Origin: Candidatus Omnitrophota bacterium
Lineage (GTDB): Bacteria > Omnitrophota > Gorgyraeia > Gygaellales > Profunditerraquicolaceae
DNA: 64,000 nucleotides
Reading direction: 5' to 3'
Assembly (NCBI GenBank): GCA_028712255.1
Contig: JAQTQJ010000008.1
Location: forward strand, 7,773-71,772
Part shown: positions 32,132 through 42,446 of the stretch, piece after piece
How the letters are laid out: each line of letters starts with the position of its first letter
Position numbering within the stretch: the first letter of the stretch is position 1
Translations under genes and position numbers: made by a program
The notes under the pieces: model-generated
Databases searched by the model: none
What the model saw: only the letters and a program-made list of their open reading frames with translations
What the model was told of the DNA's origin: nothing

Positions 32132-33370
32132 ATGCACGATTTTAAATATAAGGGAAATAATTTTTATTGCGAGAATGTAAGAGTTGAGGAATTGGCTGGC
32201 CGTTTCGGTACGCCTCTTTATGTTTATAGCTATAAAACTCTTACGGATCACTATAAAAAACTAAAATCCGCATTTGCCAGAATTAATCCGCTTATCTGTT
32301 ATTCTGTAAAAGCAAATTCAAATCTATCGATATTAAAAGCCTTAGTAGCAAAGGGTGCCGGTTTGGATATTGTTTCAGGAGGCGAGCTTTTTCGTGCTCT
32401 TAAAGTTGGGTGTCCTGCGCAAAGAATAGTTTATGCTTCTGTGGGTAAAACCGATAATGAAATTACTGCGGCTTTATCAAAAGGTATTTTATTTTTTAAT
32501 GTCGAATCACTTGCCGAGCTAGAGAATATTAACCGCATATCGGGCAGGCTTAAAAAAAATACCCGCGTGGCTATTCGCATTAATCCTGACGTAGAGGCTA
32601 AAACTCATAAATATGTTACTACGGGAAAAATTACGAATAAATTCGGGATTGATTTAGGCAGCGCTTACTCGATTCTGCTAATGCGCTCTAAATTTAAAAA
32701 TTTAAATATTTGCGGTTTGCATATTCATATTGGATCACAGATTACCGATAGCGCTCCATTTGAGGCCGCGATCAAAAAAATATCGGATTTTATTCTGCGC
32801 CTGGAGCATAAAGGAATCTGCCTAGAATATTTAAATATCGGTGGAGGTATGGGTATTATTTATGACCGTGAAACTCCGCAAACTGCCCAGATCTACGCTG
32901 GGAAAATCATTCCGCTTTTAGAGAAAACCGGGCTTAAAATAATTATGGAACCGGGAAGGTTTATTGTTGGCAATGCCGGAATTCTGGTTACAAAAATTTT
33001 ATATATTAAGCATACTCCGAAAAAGAAATTTATCATCGTAGATGCTGGAATGAATGATTTGATTCGTCCTGCGCTGTACTCTGCGTATCATAATATTCTG
33101 GCTTTGCATAAAAATTTAAAAACTGAGAAAGCTGATGTGGTCGGCCCCATTTGTGAAAGCGGTGATTTTTTAGCCAAAGAACGGCTTGTTCCAAAAGTTA
33201 AAGAAGGGAATTATTTAGTAGTGATGGGGGCGGGGGCATATGGTTTCAGTATGTCCAGTAATTATAACTCACGTTTGCGTCCTGCAGAGATTATGGTAAA
33301 TGGGAATAATGTATCTATAATTTGTAAAAGAGAGAATTTTGAGGATTTAGTTCGAAATGAAAAAACTTAA
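32132..33370 (+). CDS. lysA: diaminopimelate decarboxylase
   Basis: 412 aa; YSVKAN PLP-Lys motif, alanine-racemase-like fold II decarboxylase. Confidence 0.88.
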   Translation: MHDFKYKGNNFYCENVRVEELAGRFGTPLYVYSYKTLTDHYKKLKSAFARINPLICYSVKANSNLSILKALVAKGAGLDIVSGGELFRALKVGCPAQRIVYASVGKTDNEITAALSKGILFFNVESLAELENINRISGRLKKNTRVAIRINPDVEAKTHKYVTTGKITNKFGIDLGSAYSILLMRSKFKNLNICGLHIHIGSQITDSAPFEAAIKKISDFILRLEHKGICLEYLNIGGGMGIIYDRETPQTAQIYAGKIIPLLEKTGLKIIMEPGRFIVGNAGILVTKILYIKHTPKKKFIIVDAGMNDLIRPALYSAYHNILALHKNLKTEKADVVGPICESGDFLAKERLVPKVKEGNYLVVMGAGAYGFSMSSNYNSRLRPAEIMVNGNNVSIICKRENFEDLVRNEKT

Positions 33371-34142
33371 TTTTACCAAGATGGTTGGTTCAGGGAATGA
33401 TTTTGTTGTGATTAATGATAGTCGCCTGGGGAATTTATCTGTATTAGCTAGGAGATTGTGTGATAGAAAATTTGGTATCGGAGCTGATGGCCTGCTTATA
33501 TTGGGGAAATCTAAAAAAGCTAACATCAGTATGAGAATATTTAATGCTGATGGATCAGAAGCGCAGATGTGTGGTAATGGAGCTCGCTGCGCTGTTTTAT
33601 TTAGTGGTAAGAAAAAACTTAAACTCGATACTGGCGCCGGAATAATAAATGGTCAAGTTTATGGGGATTGTGTAAAGATTCAGATTACTGACCCCAAAAA
33701 TATAAAATTAGATATTCCTATAAAAGTAAATGGTAGGTTAATAAGAGTAAATTTTATTGATACTGGTGTTCCGCATGTGGTAGTTTTTGTAAACGGTATC
33801 GATTGTATTAATGTGAACCATATTGGTTGGATTATTCGAAATCATATAAAATTTTCCCCTAAAGGCACAAATGTAAATTTTGTAGAAGTAAAGGGTAATA
33901 ATCTTATTCAGATTCGTACCTATGAGAGGGGAGTAGAGGGTGAGACTCTGGCTTGTGGCACAGGAAGTACTGCTTGCGCTTTAATTTTTGCTTTAAAAAA
34001 TAATCTGGATGATTTAGTTAAGGTTAAGACGCAGGGTAGCGAGATTCTGAAGGTTCATTTTCAGAGAACTGTTTGTAAATTTAGCGATGTTTGGTTGGAA
34101 GGCAGCGCAAAAATAGTCTACAAAGGAGAATATTATGTTTAA
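33357..34142 (+). CDS. dapF: diaminopimelate epimerase
   Basis: 261 aa; MVGSGNDFVVI start, two catalytic Cys regions (QMCGNGARC, ACGTGSTA). Confidence 0.88.
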   Translation: MKKLNFTKMVGSGNDFVVINDSRLGNLSVLARRLCDRKFGIGADGLLILGKSKKANISMRIFNADGSEAQMCGNGARCAVLFSGKKKLKLDTGAGIINGQVYGDCVKIQITDPKNIKLDIPIKVNGRLIRVNFIDTGVPHVVVFVNGIDCINVNHIGWIIRNHIKFSPKGTNVNFVEVKGNNLIQIRTYERGVEGETLACGTGSTACALIFALKNNLDDLVKVKTQGSEILKVHFQRTVCKFSDVWLEGSAKIVYKGEYYV

Positions 34143-35043
34143 GGGCTCAATCGTAGCCATAGTCACGCCGTTTTCCGCCAAAGGCGGATCCGCCTCCGGA
34201 GGGAAAAATCTAAAGGTGGATGAAAAGAAATTGCGTGAGCTTATTGATTTTCAGATTAAAAACGGTACCAGCGGTATCGTGCCTTGCGGGACTACCGGTG
34301 AAAGTGCAACTTTAAATTTTGATGAACATGAGTCCGTAATTCAGATTACTATTGACCAGGTTAAAAAAAGAGTCCCAGTAATCGCCGGAACCGGTTCAAA
34401 TTCTACTGAAGAAGCAATTATGCTTACTAAACAAGCAGCTAGTTCCGGCGCTAGCGCTTCTTTACAGGTTAGCCCATATTATAACCGTCCTACACAAAAA
34501 GGTTTATATGAACATTTTAAAGCAATTGCTCAGTCGGTAAAAATTCCGATCATCCTTTATAATATTGCAGGACGCACTGGAGTAAACATTGAGCCGGAAA
34601 CAATTGCAAAATTAGCCAATGATTGTAAAAATATTGTGGCGGTAAAAGAGGCATCTGCAAGTCTTGACCAGATGTCGCGGATAAAGCAGCTCTGCCCAAA
34701 AGATTTTGATTTGATTTCAGGGGATGACGGTTTAACATTACCGGTGTTAAGTATTGGAGGCACCGGAATAATTTCCGTAGTTGCCAATATTGTCCCAAAA
34801 GATGTTGCGGATTTAGTTTCTGCTTTTGAAAAAGGGGATATTAAAGCATCCAGGAAATTACATTATAAGTTATTACCTTTAATTAAAGCGGTATTTCTAG
34901 AGACTAATCCTATACCGATTAAAACAGCAATGGGTTTATTGGGGATGTGCCAATCGGATTTGCGTCTTCCGATGTGTAGCATGTCGGAGAGTAATTTGGA
35001 GAAGCTTAAAAAAGCTTTAAGGGATTATGGTCTTTTAAAATAA
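34135..35043 (+). CDS. dapA: 4-hydroxy-tetrahydrodipicolinate synthase
   Basis: 302 aa; GTTGES, YNRP and KEA Schiff-base Lys motifs. Confidence 0.9.
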   Translation: MFKGSIVAIVTPFSAKGGSASGGKNLKVDEKKLRELIDFQIKNGTSGIVPCGTTGESATLNFDEHESVIQITIDQVKKRVPVIAGTGSNSTEEAIMLTKQAASSGASASLQVSPYYNRPTQKGLYEHFKAIAQSVKIPIILYNIAGRTGVNIEPETIAKLANDCKNIVAVKEASASLDQMSRIKQLCPKDFDLISGDDGLTLPVLSIGGTGIISVVANIVPKDVADLVSAFEKGDIKASRKLHYKLLPLIKAVFLETNPIPIKTAMGLLGMCQSDLRLPMCSMSESNLEKLKKALRDYGLLK

Positions 35044-35050
35044 AAAACAT

Positions 35051-35096
35051 GGGACCGTTTCTATTTTTCTAAATTTATAAAAATAGAAACGGTCCC
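35051..35096. repeat. AT-rich palindrome family i copy
   Basis: GGGACCGTTTCTATTTTT..AAAAATAGAAACGGTCCC after dapA. Confidence 0.85.
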
Positions 35097-35117
35097 AAGA
35101 TTCTCGTTTTTGGAGGA

Positions 35118-35831
35118 ATGATGATAAAAATAGGGATTGCAGGAGCCTGTGGAAAAATGGGCAGGCGTATTTTTGAGCTTGCCGGATTTGATAAGGATCT
35201 GGAGGTGGCTTTTCTTCTTGAGAAAAAAGGTACTTCTTTGATTGGTAGAGATATGGGAAAATTAAAAGTTTCATCTAATCCGGATGGTTTATTCCTGGTT
35301 GATGCATTGATCGACTTTACTTTGCCTGAAGCAACTGATGAACATTTAGATTATGTTGCTAGATATAAAAAAGCACTTGTTTTGGGAACTACAGGATTAA
35401 CTGATACCCAAAAAAATAAGATAGAAGAGGTTTCTAAGGTTGTTCCGATAGTTTTTTCACCGAATATGTCAATCGGCGTAAATGTCTTGTTTTCATTTCT
35501 CCCTGAAATAGCTAAAAAATTGGGCCCGGATTATAGCGTAGAGATTGTGGAAGCACATCATAAAGCTAAAAAAGATGCGCCTAGCGGTACGGCAAAGAAG
35601 TTAGCCGAGGTTATCACTCAAGTTACTAAAAAAGATATTCCCATGCATTCCATTCGTTTAGGTGATATCTTTGGAGATCATACGGTTATCTTTTGCGGTA
35701 TTTCTGAGCGTATAGAGATAAAGCATCAGGCGCATTCACGCGATTTGTTTGCTGTCGGGGCACTAAAAGCAGTCAAATGGATTATCGGTAAACCTGCAGG
35801 ATTATATTCTATGCAGGATGTTTTAAAATAA
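35118..35831 (+). CDS. dapB: 4-hydroxy-tetrahydrodipicolinate reductase
   Basis: 237 aa; GIAGACGKMGRR NAD motif, EAHHKAKKDAPSGTA signature. Confidence 0.9.
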   Translation: MMIKIGIAGACGKMGRRIFELAGFDKDLEVAFLLEKKGTSLIGRDMGKLKVSSNPDGLFLVDALIDFTLPEATDEHLDYVARYKKALVLGTTGLTDTQKNKIEEVSKVVPIVFSPNMSIGVNVLFSFLPEIAKKLGPDYSVEIVEAHHKAKKDAPSGTAKKLAEVITQVTKKDIPMHSIRLGDIFGDHTVIFCGISERIEIKHQAHSRDLFAVGALKAVKWIIGKPAGLYSMQDVLK

Positions 35832-35838
35832 AAAACAA

Positions 35839-35882
35839 GGGACCGTTTCTATTTTTTAAATTTAAAAAATAGAAACGGTCCC
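35839..35882. repeat. AT-rich palindrome family i copy, followed by tandem CGGGATTTC x2
   Basis: seen after dapB. Confidence 0.85.
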
Positions 35883-35917
35883 GGGATTTCCGGGATTTCG
35901 ACATCGAGGAGTGTTCA

Positions 35918-37078
35918 ATGTTTAAAGTTTCAAATAAACTAAATTTTCTTCCACCTTATTTGTTTTTAGAGATTGATAAAGCCAAGCGTCAGGCGCGCGC
36001 CGAAGGCAGGGATATCATTGACCTAGGAATAGGTGATCCTGACCAGCCGACTCCAAAATTCATTATTGAAGCTCTAAATCTGGCTGCGCAGGATTCGGCC
36101 AACCATCGTTATGCTTTAGATCAAGGTATGCCGGTATTACGCAGCGCAATCGCAGGTTGGTATAAGCGTAGGTTTAATGTTGATTTAAATCCGGATACAG
36201 AAGTTTTACCACTGATTGGTTCAAAAGAGGGTATTGCGCATTTTCCTTTAGCTTTTCTAAATCAAGGGGACGTTTCCCTTGTTCCTGATCCGTGCTACCC
36301 TCCGTATAAAGGCGGAACAATTCTGGCAGGAGGTAGGCCTTATCTTTTACCGTTGTTGGCATCAAATTCATTTCTTCCCGATTTAAGCAAAATTTCATTT
36401 TTTACTCGTAAAAAAGCAAAAATAATATTTGTTAATTATCCGAATAATCCAACTGGCGGTTGTGCAAGTGATGATTTTTATAAGCAACTTATCGAATTTT
36501 CCGTCAAAAATAAAATCATAATTATTTCGGATTTAGCTTATTCGGAAATGGCTTATGATGGATATAAACCGCCTAGCTTACTAGAGTTTTCAGGAGCAAA
36601 AGAAACTGTGATCGAGTTTCATTCTTTGTCAAAAACTTATAATATGACTGGTTGGCGCATCGGATGGGCATGTGGCAATTCTGCTTTAGTTGGCGCATTA
36701 GCAAAGGTAAAATCCAATATCGATTCGGGAATATTTTCCGCTATCCAACTTGCTGGAGTTAGAGCTTTAGAAGGGCCACAGGATTATTTAAAATCAATGT
36801 GTGCGCTCTATCAGCAGAGAAGGGATATTTTAGTCGAAGGACTTAATTCTTTAGGTTGGCAGGTAATGAAACCAAAAGCGACATTTTATGTTTGGATTAA
36901 AGTTCCGCCGCAGGAGAGTTCCATAAGTTTTGCTGGACGACTCTTAAAAGATGTTAATATTGTGGTGACTCCAGGAACAGGGTTTGGTAAATATGGGGAA
37001 GGTTATATTCGTATGGCTTTAACTGTTTCTGTTGAGAGGGTTAAAGAGGCTTTAGAGCGCATAAAGAAGATTACTTAA
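35918..37078 (+). CDS. dapL: LL-diaminopimelate aminotransferase (DapL-type class I aminotransferase)
   Basis: 386 aa; N-terminal YLFLEI..GIGDPDQPTP pattern characteristic of DapL; NYPNNPTG, SLSKTYNMTGWRIG PLP-Lys; sits at end of dapFAB cluster. Confidence 0.7.
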   Translation: MFKVSNKLNFLPPYLFLEIDKAKRQARAEGRDIIDLGIGDPDQPTPKFIIEALNLAAQDSANHRYALDQGMPVLRSAIAGWYKRRFNVDLNPDTEVLPLIGSKEGIAHFPLAFLNQGDVSLVPDPCYPPYKGGTILAGGRPYLLPLLASNSFLPDLSKISFFTRKKAKIIFVNYPNNPTGGCASDDFYKQLIEFSVKNKIIIISDLAYSEMAYDGYKPPSLLEFSGAKETVIEFHSLSKTYNMTGWRIGWACGNSALVGALAKVKSNIDSGIFSAIQLAGVRALEGPQDYLKSMCALYQQRRDILVEGLNSLGWQVMKPKATFYVWIKVPPQESSISFAGRLLKDVNIVVTPGTGFGKYGEGYIRMALTVSVERVKEALERIKKIT

Positions 37079-37479
37079 TGGTTATTTGTTATATTGGTGT
37101 TGGAACAAATTTGGGCTCTCGTATGAAGAATATAAAATTGGCAATTAAAAAGATTGGCGCTCTTAAAGATACCCGAATAACTAAAATATCAAGATTTTTT
37201 GAATTTGCTTCTGTTGGAGGCCCGGCTGGCCAGAGTAATTATTATAATGCCGCATTAAAAATCCAGACTAAATTTTCCCCTATAAATTTATTAAAAAAAT
37301 TAAAAGAAATTGAAAATGAGCTAGGTCGTACTCGAGGCGTGCGTTTTGGCCCCAGAGTGATTGATTTAGATGTTTTGCTTTATGGGGATAAGTTTATAGA
37401 AAGTAAAAGATTAACTGTCCCGCATCCGCGTATGTTTAAGCGTGATTTTGTAATTAAACCGTTAAAAGAGGTTTTATGA
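37078..37479 (+). CDS. folK: 2-amino-4-hydroxy-6-hydroxymethyldihydropteridine pyrophosphokinase
   Basis: 133 aa; GPRVIDLDVLLYGD and PHPRM motifs. Confidence 0.88.
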   Translation: MVICYIGVGTNLGSRMKNIKLAIKKIGALKDTRITKISRFFEFASVGGPAGQSNYYNAALKIQTKFSPINLLKKLKEIENELGRTRGVRFGPRVIDLDVLLYGDKFIESKRLTVPHPRMFKRDFVIKPLKEVL

Positions 37480-38360
37480 GGGTTATAACTGATCCGCAGA
37501 AATTAAATAATGAAATTAAGAAAACCAAGCGTAGCGGTAGGACAGTTGGTTTTGTTCCCACAATGGGGGCTTTACATCTTGGGCATTTAAGCCTTATTAA
37601 ACAGGCAGCCAAGGATAATGATTTTATTATAGTGAGTATATTTGTTAATCCTACTCAATTTGGTCCGAATGAGGATTTAAAAAAATATCCTCATCCACTT
37701 AAGAATGACCTTCAATTATGTTCTAAGGCAGGAGTGAATTTAGTTTTTCTGCCGAATGCTAAAATTATGTATCCAGAAGGTTTTTCTACTTTTGTTAATG
37801 TCGAGGGATTAAGCAGTGTTCTTTGTGGAGCATCTAGGCCCGGGCATTTTCGAGGGGTTACCACCGTTGTAGCTAAGTTGCTCAATATTGTTGAGCCAGA
37901 CCTGCTTTACCTGGGGCAGAAAGACGCCCAGCAGGCAGCTATTATCGGCAGAATGGTTAAAGATTTAAACTTTCCAGTTAAGGTAAAAGTTATGCCTATT
38001 GTGCGCGAGCCTGATGGCTTAGCGGTCAGTTCTCGCAATCACTATTTAAGTAAAGATCAAAGAATATACGCCAAAGTTTTATTTAAGTCTTTATCCTTGG
38101 CAAAGTCTTTAATTGATAATGGCCAGCGTGATTGCGTAAGGTTAGTCAGTAGGATGAGGCAGCTTATTGACAAGAAGAAACAGGTAAAAATTGATTATAT
38201 TGCGATAGTTGATCCAATAAATCTTAAACCGCTTAAGCGAATTTTCGGGAATTGTTTAGTTGTTTTAGCCGTATATATAGGCAAGACAAGGTTGATAGAT
38301 AATCTAGTCATTCTGAGGGAGTCCGCCACTAAACCAATGGCGGACGCCCGAAGAATCTAG
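37476..38360 (+). CDS. panC: pantoate-beta-alanine ligase
   Basis: 294 aa; PTMGALHLGHLSL HIGH-type motif; conserved GKTRLIDN near C-terminus, last ~14 codons and stop are provided by repeat element copy C. Confidence 0.88.
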   Translation: MRVITDPQKLNNEIKKTKRSGRTVGFVPTMGALHLGHLSLIKQAAKDNDFIIVSIFVNPTQFGPNEDLKKYPHPLKNDLQLCSKAGVNLVFLPNAKIMYPEGFSTFVNVEGLSSVLCGASRPGHFRGVTTVVAKLLNIVEPDLLYLGQKDAQQAAIIGRMVKDLNFPVKVKVMPIVREPDGLAVSSRNHYLSKDQRIYAKVLFKSLSLAKSLIDNGQRDCVRLVSRMRQLIDKKKQVKIDYIAIVDPINLKPLKRIFGNCLVVLAVYIGKTRLIDNLVILRESATKPMADARRI

Positions 38361-38401
38361 AAACCAGATCCTTCGTCCACCTGCGGCGGACTCAGGATGA
38401 C
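38317..38401. repeat. GC-rich MITE-like element family ii copy C
   Basis: GTCATTCTGAG..TCCGCCActaaaccaaTGGCGGA..GAAGAATCTagaaaccAGATCCTTC..CTCAGGATGAC; overlaps panC 3' end. Confidence 0.8.
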
Positions 38402-38410
38402 AGAGAGATA

Positions 38411-39229
38411 ATGAAAAAATTAAAAATCGGTATTGTAGGATGCGGAGCAATCGGCAGCTCTTTGGCAAAAGAGGTAGTTATTAATTTGCGCAGCTGTGCT
38501 TATTTAGCAGCTATTTATGATATAAAGCCTGAAAAGGCCCAGGTTCTTTCTAGGAAATTGGTAAAAAATGCTAAATTGTGCGTTTCCAATCTTGATACCC
38601 TTATTAAAAAATCGGATTTGGTGATTGAGGCTTCTAGTGCAAAGGCATCTTGGGAGATAGCGCGTAAATCTTTACTAAACGGATGTAAAGTCATGATTAT
38701 GAGTGTAGGAGGCGTAGTTGAGCATTCAGATGAATTGTTTGCTTTAGCCCGAAAATATGAAACTCAGGTATATTTTCCCAGTGGAGCCATCTCTGGTGTC
38801 GATGCTTTAAAGGCTGCTAATATTGCAGGAGTAAAAAGTGTTGTTTTGACTACACGTAAACATCCCGATGCATTTAAGGGAGTAGAATATGTCACAAATA
38901 ATTTTAAACTTTTGGGCCTAAAAAAAGATAAGGTTCTATTTTCAGGAACTGCAGCGCAGGCAGTGAAATATTTTCCGCAAAATATTAATGTTGCCGCGGT
39001 TTTAGGTTTAGCTGCTATCGGCATGCGCAAAACGAAGGTACGTATAATTGCCAGCCCCTTTGTTAGAAGGAATATTCATGAAGTTTTAATTGAATCTAAG
39101 GCTGCAAAGATTTTTACGCGTACCGAGAATGTTTTGCATCCGCAGAATCCCAAGACTTCTTATTTAGCGGTATTATCGGCTATCGCGGCTTTAAGACAAA
39201 TTTTACAACCGGTGAAGATAGGCACTTAA
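38411..39229 (+). CDS. L-aspartate dehydrogenase-like protein (NadX/DUF108 family)
   Basis: 272 aa; MKKLKIGIVGCGAIGS Rossmann start and overall Asp-DH pattern. Confidence 0.7.
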   Translation: MKKLKIGIVGCGAIGSSLAKEVVINLRSCAYLAAIYDIKPEKAQVLSRKLVKNAKLCVSNLDTLIKKSDLVIEASSAKASWEIARKSLLNGCKVMIMSVGGVVEHSDELFALARKYETQVYFPSGAISGVDALKAANIAGVKSVVLTTRKHPDAFKGVEYVTNNFKLLGLKKDKVLFSGTAAQAVKYFPQNINVAAVLGLAAIGMRKTKVRIIASPFVRRNIHEVLIESKAAKIFTRTENVLHPQNPKTSYLAVLSAIAALRQILQPVKIGT

Positions 39230-39236
39230 AAAACAA

Positions 39237-39290
39237 GGGACCGTTTCTATTTTTTACTATTTTTAAAAATTAAAAAATAGAAACGGTCCC
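39237..39290. repeat. AT-rich palindrome family i copy
   Basis: GGGACCGTTTCTATTTTTT..AAAAAATAGAAACGGTCCC. Confidence 0.85.
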
Positions 39291-39324
39291 TAGATTTTCA
39301 CATAGAAAGGGGGTGAGTACAAAG

Positions 39325-39564
39325 ATGGCAGAAAAAGTCGTTAAAGTAGGGGTTAAGAGGGAAAAAGGTTATCTCTATTATATTGACAAGCAGGGTGATG
39401 TTTCTTGCGCCAAGATGAAAAGGGGTACTAAAAAAGGCGGTAGCCCTAAGAAGGTAACCAAGTGTGGTATTAAAAGAAAAGTAGGTTACCTTTATTTCTT
39501 GGACAAGCAGGGTGATGTTTCTTGCGCCAAGATGAAAAGAGGCGGGAAGAAGAAAAAGAAGTAA
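39325..39564 (+). CDS. small basic protein with internal tandem repeat (2 x KxGYLY(Y/F)xDKQGDVSCAKMKRG) and poly-Lys tail, hypothetical
   Basis: 79 aa from ATG after GGGGGTGA RBS; 27-aa unit duplicated at DNA level; flanked on both sides by family i palindromes. Confidence 0.55.
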   Translation: MAEKVVKVGVKREKGYLYYIDKQGDVSCAKMKRGTKKGGSPKKVTKCGIKRKVGYLYFLDKQGDVSCAKMKRGGKKKKK

Positions 39565-39580
39565 TTTATTAGTAAAAAAT

Positions 39581-39633
39581 GGGGACGGTTTTGTTTTTTT
39601 ACTGTTTAAGTTTAAAAAAACAGAACCGTCCCC
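39581..39633. repeat. AT-rich palindrome family i copy (GGGGACGGTTTTGTTTTTTT..AAAAAAACAGAACCGTCCCC variant)
   Basis: seen upstream of uvrA. Confidence 0.8.
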
Positions 39634-39650
39634 TAGATTTTTAATTTCCT

Positions 39651-42446
39651 ATGGAAAACAAATTTATAATTATCCGCGGGGCAAAAGAGCATAATTTAAA
39701 AAATATCAACTTAGAGCTGCCGCGTAATAAACTGATTGTTATAACCGGTTTATCCGGTTCAGGAAAATCAAGCCTTGCTTTTGATACAATTTATGCCGAA
39801 GGCCAGCGCCGGTTTGTAGAAAGCCTCTCTAGTTATGCACGCCAATTCTTAGAGCAATTGCAGAAACCGGATGTAGATTTTATTTCAGGATTGTCTCCTG
39901 CAATTGCTATTGAACAGCGCTCTGCTGGTGGTAATCCCCGCTCAACCGTTGCTACCCAAACTGAGATCTATGATTATTTAAGGTTATTATTTGCAAGGAT
40001 TGGTAAAGTTCATTGCTATAAGTGCGGTGCTTTAATTCAGAGCCAAAGCGCCCAGGAGATAGTTGAAGCAGTTATGAACTTACTGTTGAATTGCGATATC
40101 CAAATTCTTGCACCTTTAATTCAAGGGAAAAAAGGCCAATACAAAGATATCTTTTTACAGATTCAAAAGTCCGGATTTATGCGGGCAAGAGTGGATGGTA
40201 AAATTTACGAAGTCAGCGACAAGATTAAATTAGCTAAATATAAAATTCATAGTATTGAAGTAGTGGTGGATCGTTTAAATATTAAAAACGATGTCCGTAG
40301 AAGGCTCACGGATTCTATTGAAACTGCTTTAAAGATTGGAAAAGGTACAGTTATCATTGTAAAGAATGCATCAAAAGATCTGGTCTTTAGTGAGCAATAT
40401 GCCTGCTTGAAATGCGGGATAAGCTATCCTGAAATTTCCCCTCGTAATTTTTCATTTAACTCTCCTTATGGAGCTTGTCCTGAATGTAATGGCCTTGGTA
40501 ATAAACTAAAATTTGATCCGGATTTAATCATTCCGGATAAAAAGAAGAGTATTAATGCAGGGGCTCTTGAACCATGGAAACGCGGAGGTAGAGGCTATAT
40601 CCTTTATTACCGTTGGCTTATTCGAGAATTAAGTGACCGTCTTAAGTTTGATTTGGATACTCCTTTTAATAAGTTGTCCAAGCATATTCAGAAAGTTGTC
40701 CTTTATGGAACGCAGGAAGTTATAGGTAGTAAGCCTTTTGAAGGAGTTATCCCGCATCTTGAAAGGTTATTTCATCAGACCGATAGCGATTATTTAAAAG
40801 AAGAAATTAGTAAATTTATGTCTACTCTGCCTTGTCCGGCGTGTAAAGGAGCAAGGCTTAAACCTGAGAGCTTAGCTGTATTGATTAACCAGAAAAATAT
40901 CTGGCAACTTAGCAAAATGCCCATAAAAGAGGCGATAAATTTCTTTTCTTCTCTTGAATTATCGGAAAAGGAAAAATTAGTAAGCTATCAGGCATTAAAG
41001 GAGATAACTCAAAAATTAAAATTCTGCGTAGATGTCGGTTTAGATTACTTGACTTTAGACCGTAAAAGTTCGACTTTATCCGGTGGAGAGGCTCAGAGGA
41101 TTCGCTTGGCTACCCAGGTAGGCAGCGGTTTGGTCGGGGTTTTGTATGTTTTGGATGAACCTAGTATTGGTTTGCACCAGCGAGATAATGAAAAACTACT
41201 TTCAACCTTAAAAGCATTACGGGATTTGGGAAATACCCTGGTGGTTGTTGAGCATGACCAAGCCACAATCCTTACTGCAGACCATATTGTGGATCTGGGG
41301 CCTGGCGCAGGAAGGCATGGGGGAAAGGTTATTTTTTCCGGTAATAGGGAAGAGCTTCTAAAAGATAAGGAATCTTTGACTGCGAAATATTTACGTAGAG
41401 AACTTTTAATTCAGACGCCTCTAGAAAGGCGGAATTGGCGTAAATGTAAATATATTGAAATAAAGGGAGCAGCTGAGCATAATCTTAAAAATATTGATTT
41501 ACGTTTTCCTTTGGGTACCTTTATTTGTGTAACCGGAGTATCGGGTTCGGGTAAATCTACATTAATTAGCGATATACTTTATCCGGCATTGGCGCAAAGG
41601 ATCTATAGATCGAAGGATAAGCCAGGTTTATTTAAATCCATAAGCGGTATCCAGCAGATCGATCAGGTAATTGTAGTCGATCAATCGCCTATTGGTAGGA
41701 CACCACGGTCAAACCCGGTTACTTACACCGGAGTTTTTAGCCATATAAGAGACTTATTTGCTCAGCTTCCGGAAGCCAAAATACGCGGGTATAAACCCGG
41801 AAGATTTTCATTTAACGTTAAAGGAGGCCGCTGTGAAGCTTGCGCTGGTGACGGCATAAAGAAAATTGAGATGCATTTTCTTCCCGATGTGTATGTTAAA
41901 TGTGATTTGTGTAAAGGGTTAAGATTTAATAATGCCACTTTAGAAGTAAAATACAAAGGCAGATCTATCGCAGATTGTTTGGAGATGACCGTAGAGGATG
42001 CTCTGGAATTGTTTGCCAATATCCCTAAGATAAAAAATACCCTGGGGTATTTATCCGATGTTGGTTTAGGTTATCTACAGTTAGGCCAAAGCGCTACTAC
42101 TTTATCCGGAGGGGAAGCCCAGAGGATTAAGCTTTCTTCACAACTGTCAAAGCGTTCAACGGGCAAGACGCTCTACCTTTTAGATGAGCCTACTACCGGA
42201 TTACATTTTGCGGATGTGGCCAGGTTAATATCGGTTTTAGAGAGATTGGTTGAACGTGGTAATACAGTGATTGTAGTTGAGCATAATTTAGAGGTAATTA
42301 AATGTGCAGATTTTATTATTGACCTTGGCCCTGAAGGCGGAGATAGGGGAGGAGAGGTCGTTGCCGCTTGTAGCCCGGGAGAACTTGTGGAAATAGAGAA
42401 TTCATATACCGCTAAATTCCTTAAAGAAGTTTTAATGAATAAATGA
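39651..42446 (+). CDS. uvrA: excinuclease ABC subunit A
   Basis: 931 aa; two ABC modules (GLSGSGKSS, GVSGSGKST Walker A; LSGGEAQR signatures), zinc-finger Cys clusters. Confidence 0.93.
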   Translation: MENKFIIIRGAKEHNLKNINLELPRNKLIVITGLSGSGKSSLAFDTIYAEGQRRFVESLSSYARQFLEQLQKPDVDFISGLSPAIAIEQRSAGGNPRSTVATQTEIYDYLRLLFARIGKVHCYKCGALIQSQSAQEIVEAVMNLLLNCDIQILAPLIQGKKGQYKDIFLQIQKSGFMRARVDGKIYEVSDKIKLAKYKIHSIEVVVDRLNIKNDVRRRLTDSIETALKIGKGTVIIVKNASKDLVFSEQYACLKCGISYPEISPRNFSFNSPYGACPECNGLGNKLKFDPDLIIPDKKKSINAGALEPWKRGGRGYILYYRWLIRELSDRLKFDLDTPFNKLSKHIQKVVLYGTQEVIGSKPFEGVIPHLERLFHQTDSDYLKEEISKFMSTLPCPACKGARLKPESLAVLINQKNIWQLSKMPIKEAINFFSSLELSEKEKLVSYQALKEITQKLKFCVDVGLDYLTLDRKSSTLSGGEAQRIRLATQVGSGLVGVLYVLDEPSIGLHQRDNEKLLSTLKALRDLGNTLVVVEHDQATILTADHIVDLGPGAGRHGGKVIFSGNREELLKDKESLTAKYLRRELLIQTPLERRNWRKCKYIEIKGAAEHNLKNIDLRFPLGTFICVTGVSGSGKSTLISDILYPALAQRIYRSKDKPGLFKSISGIQQIDQVIVVDQSPIGRTPRSNPVTYTGVFSHIRDLFAQLPEAKIRGYKPGRFSFNVKGGRCEACAGDGIKKIEMHFLPDVYVKCDLCKGLRFNNATLEVKYKGRSIADCLEMTVEDALELFANIPKIKNTLGYLSDVGLGYLQLGQSATTLSGGEAQRIKLSSQLSKRSTGKTLYLLDEPTTGLHFADVARLISVLERLVERGNTVIVVEHNLEVIKCADFIIDLGPEGGDRGGEVVAACSPGELVEIENSYTAKFLKEVLMNK

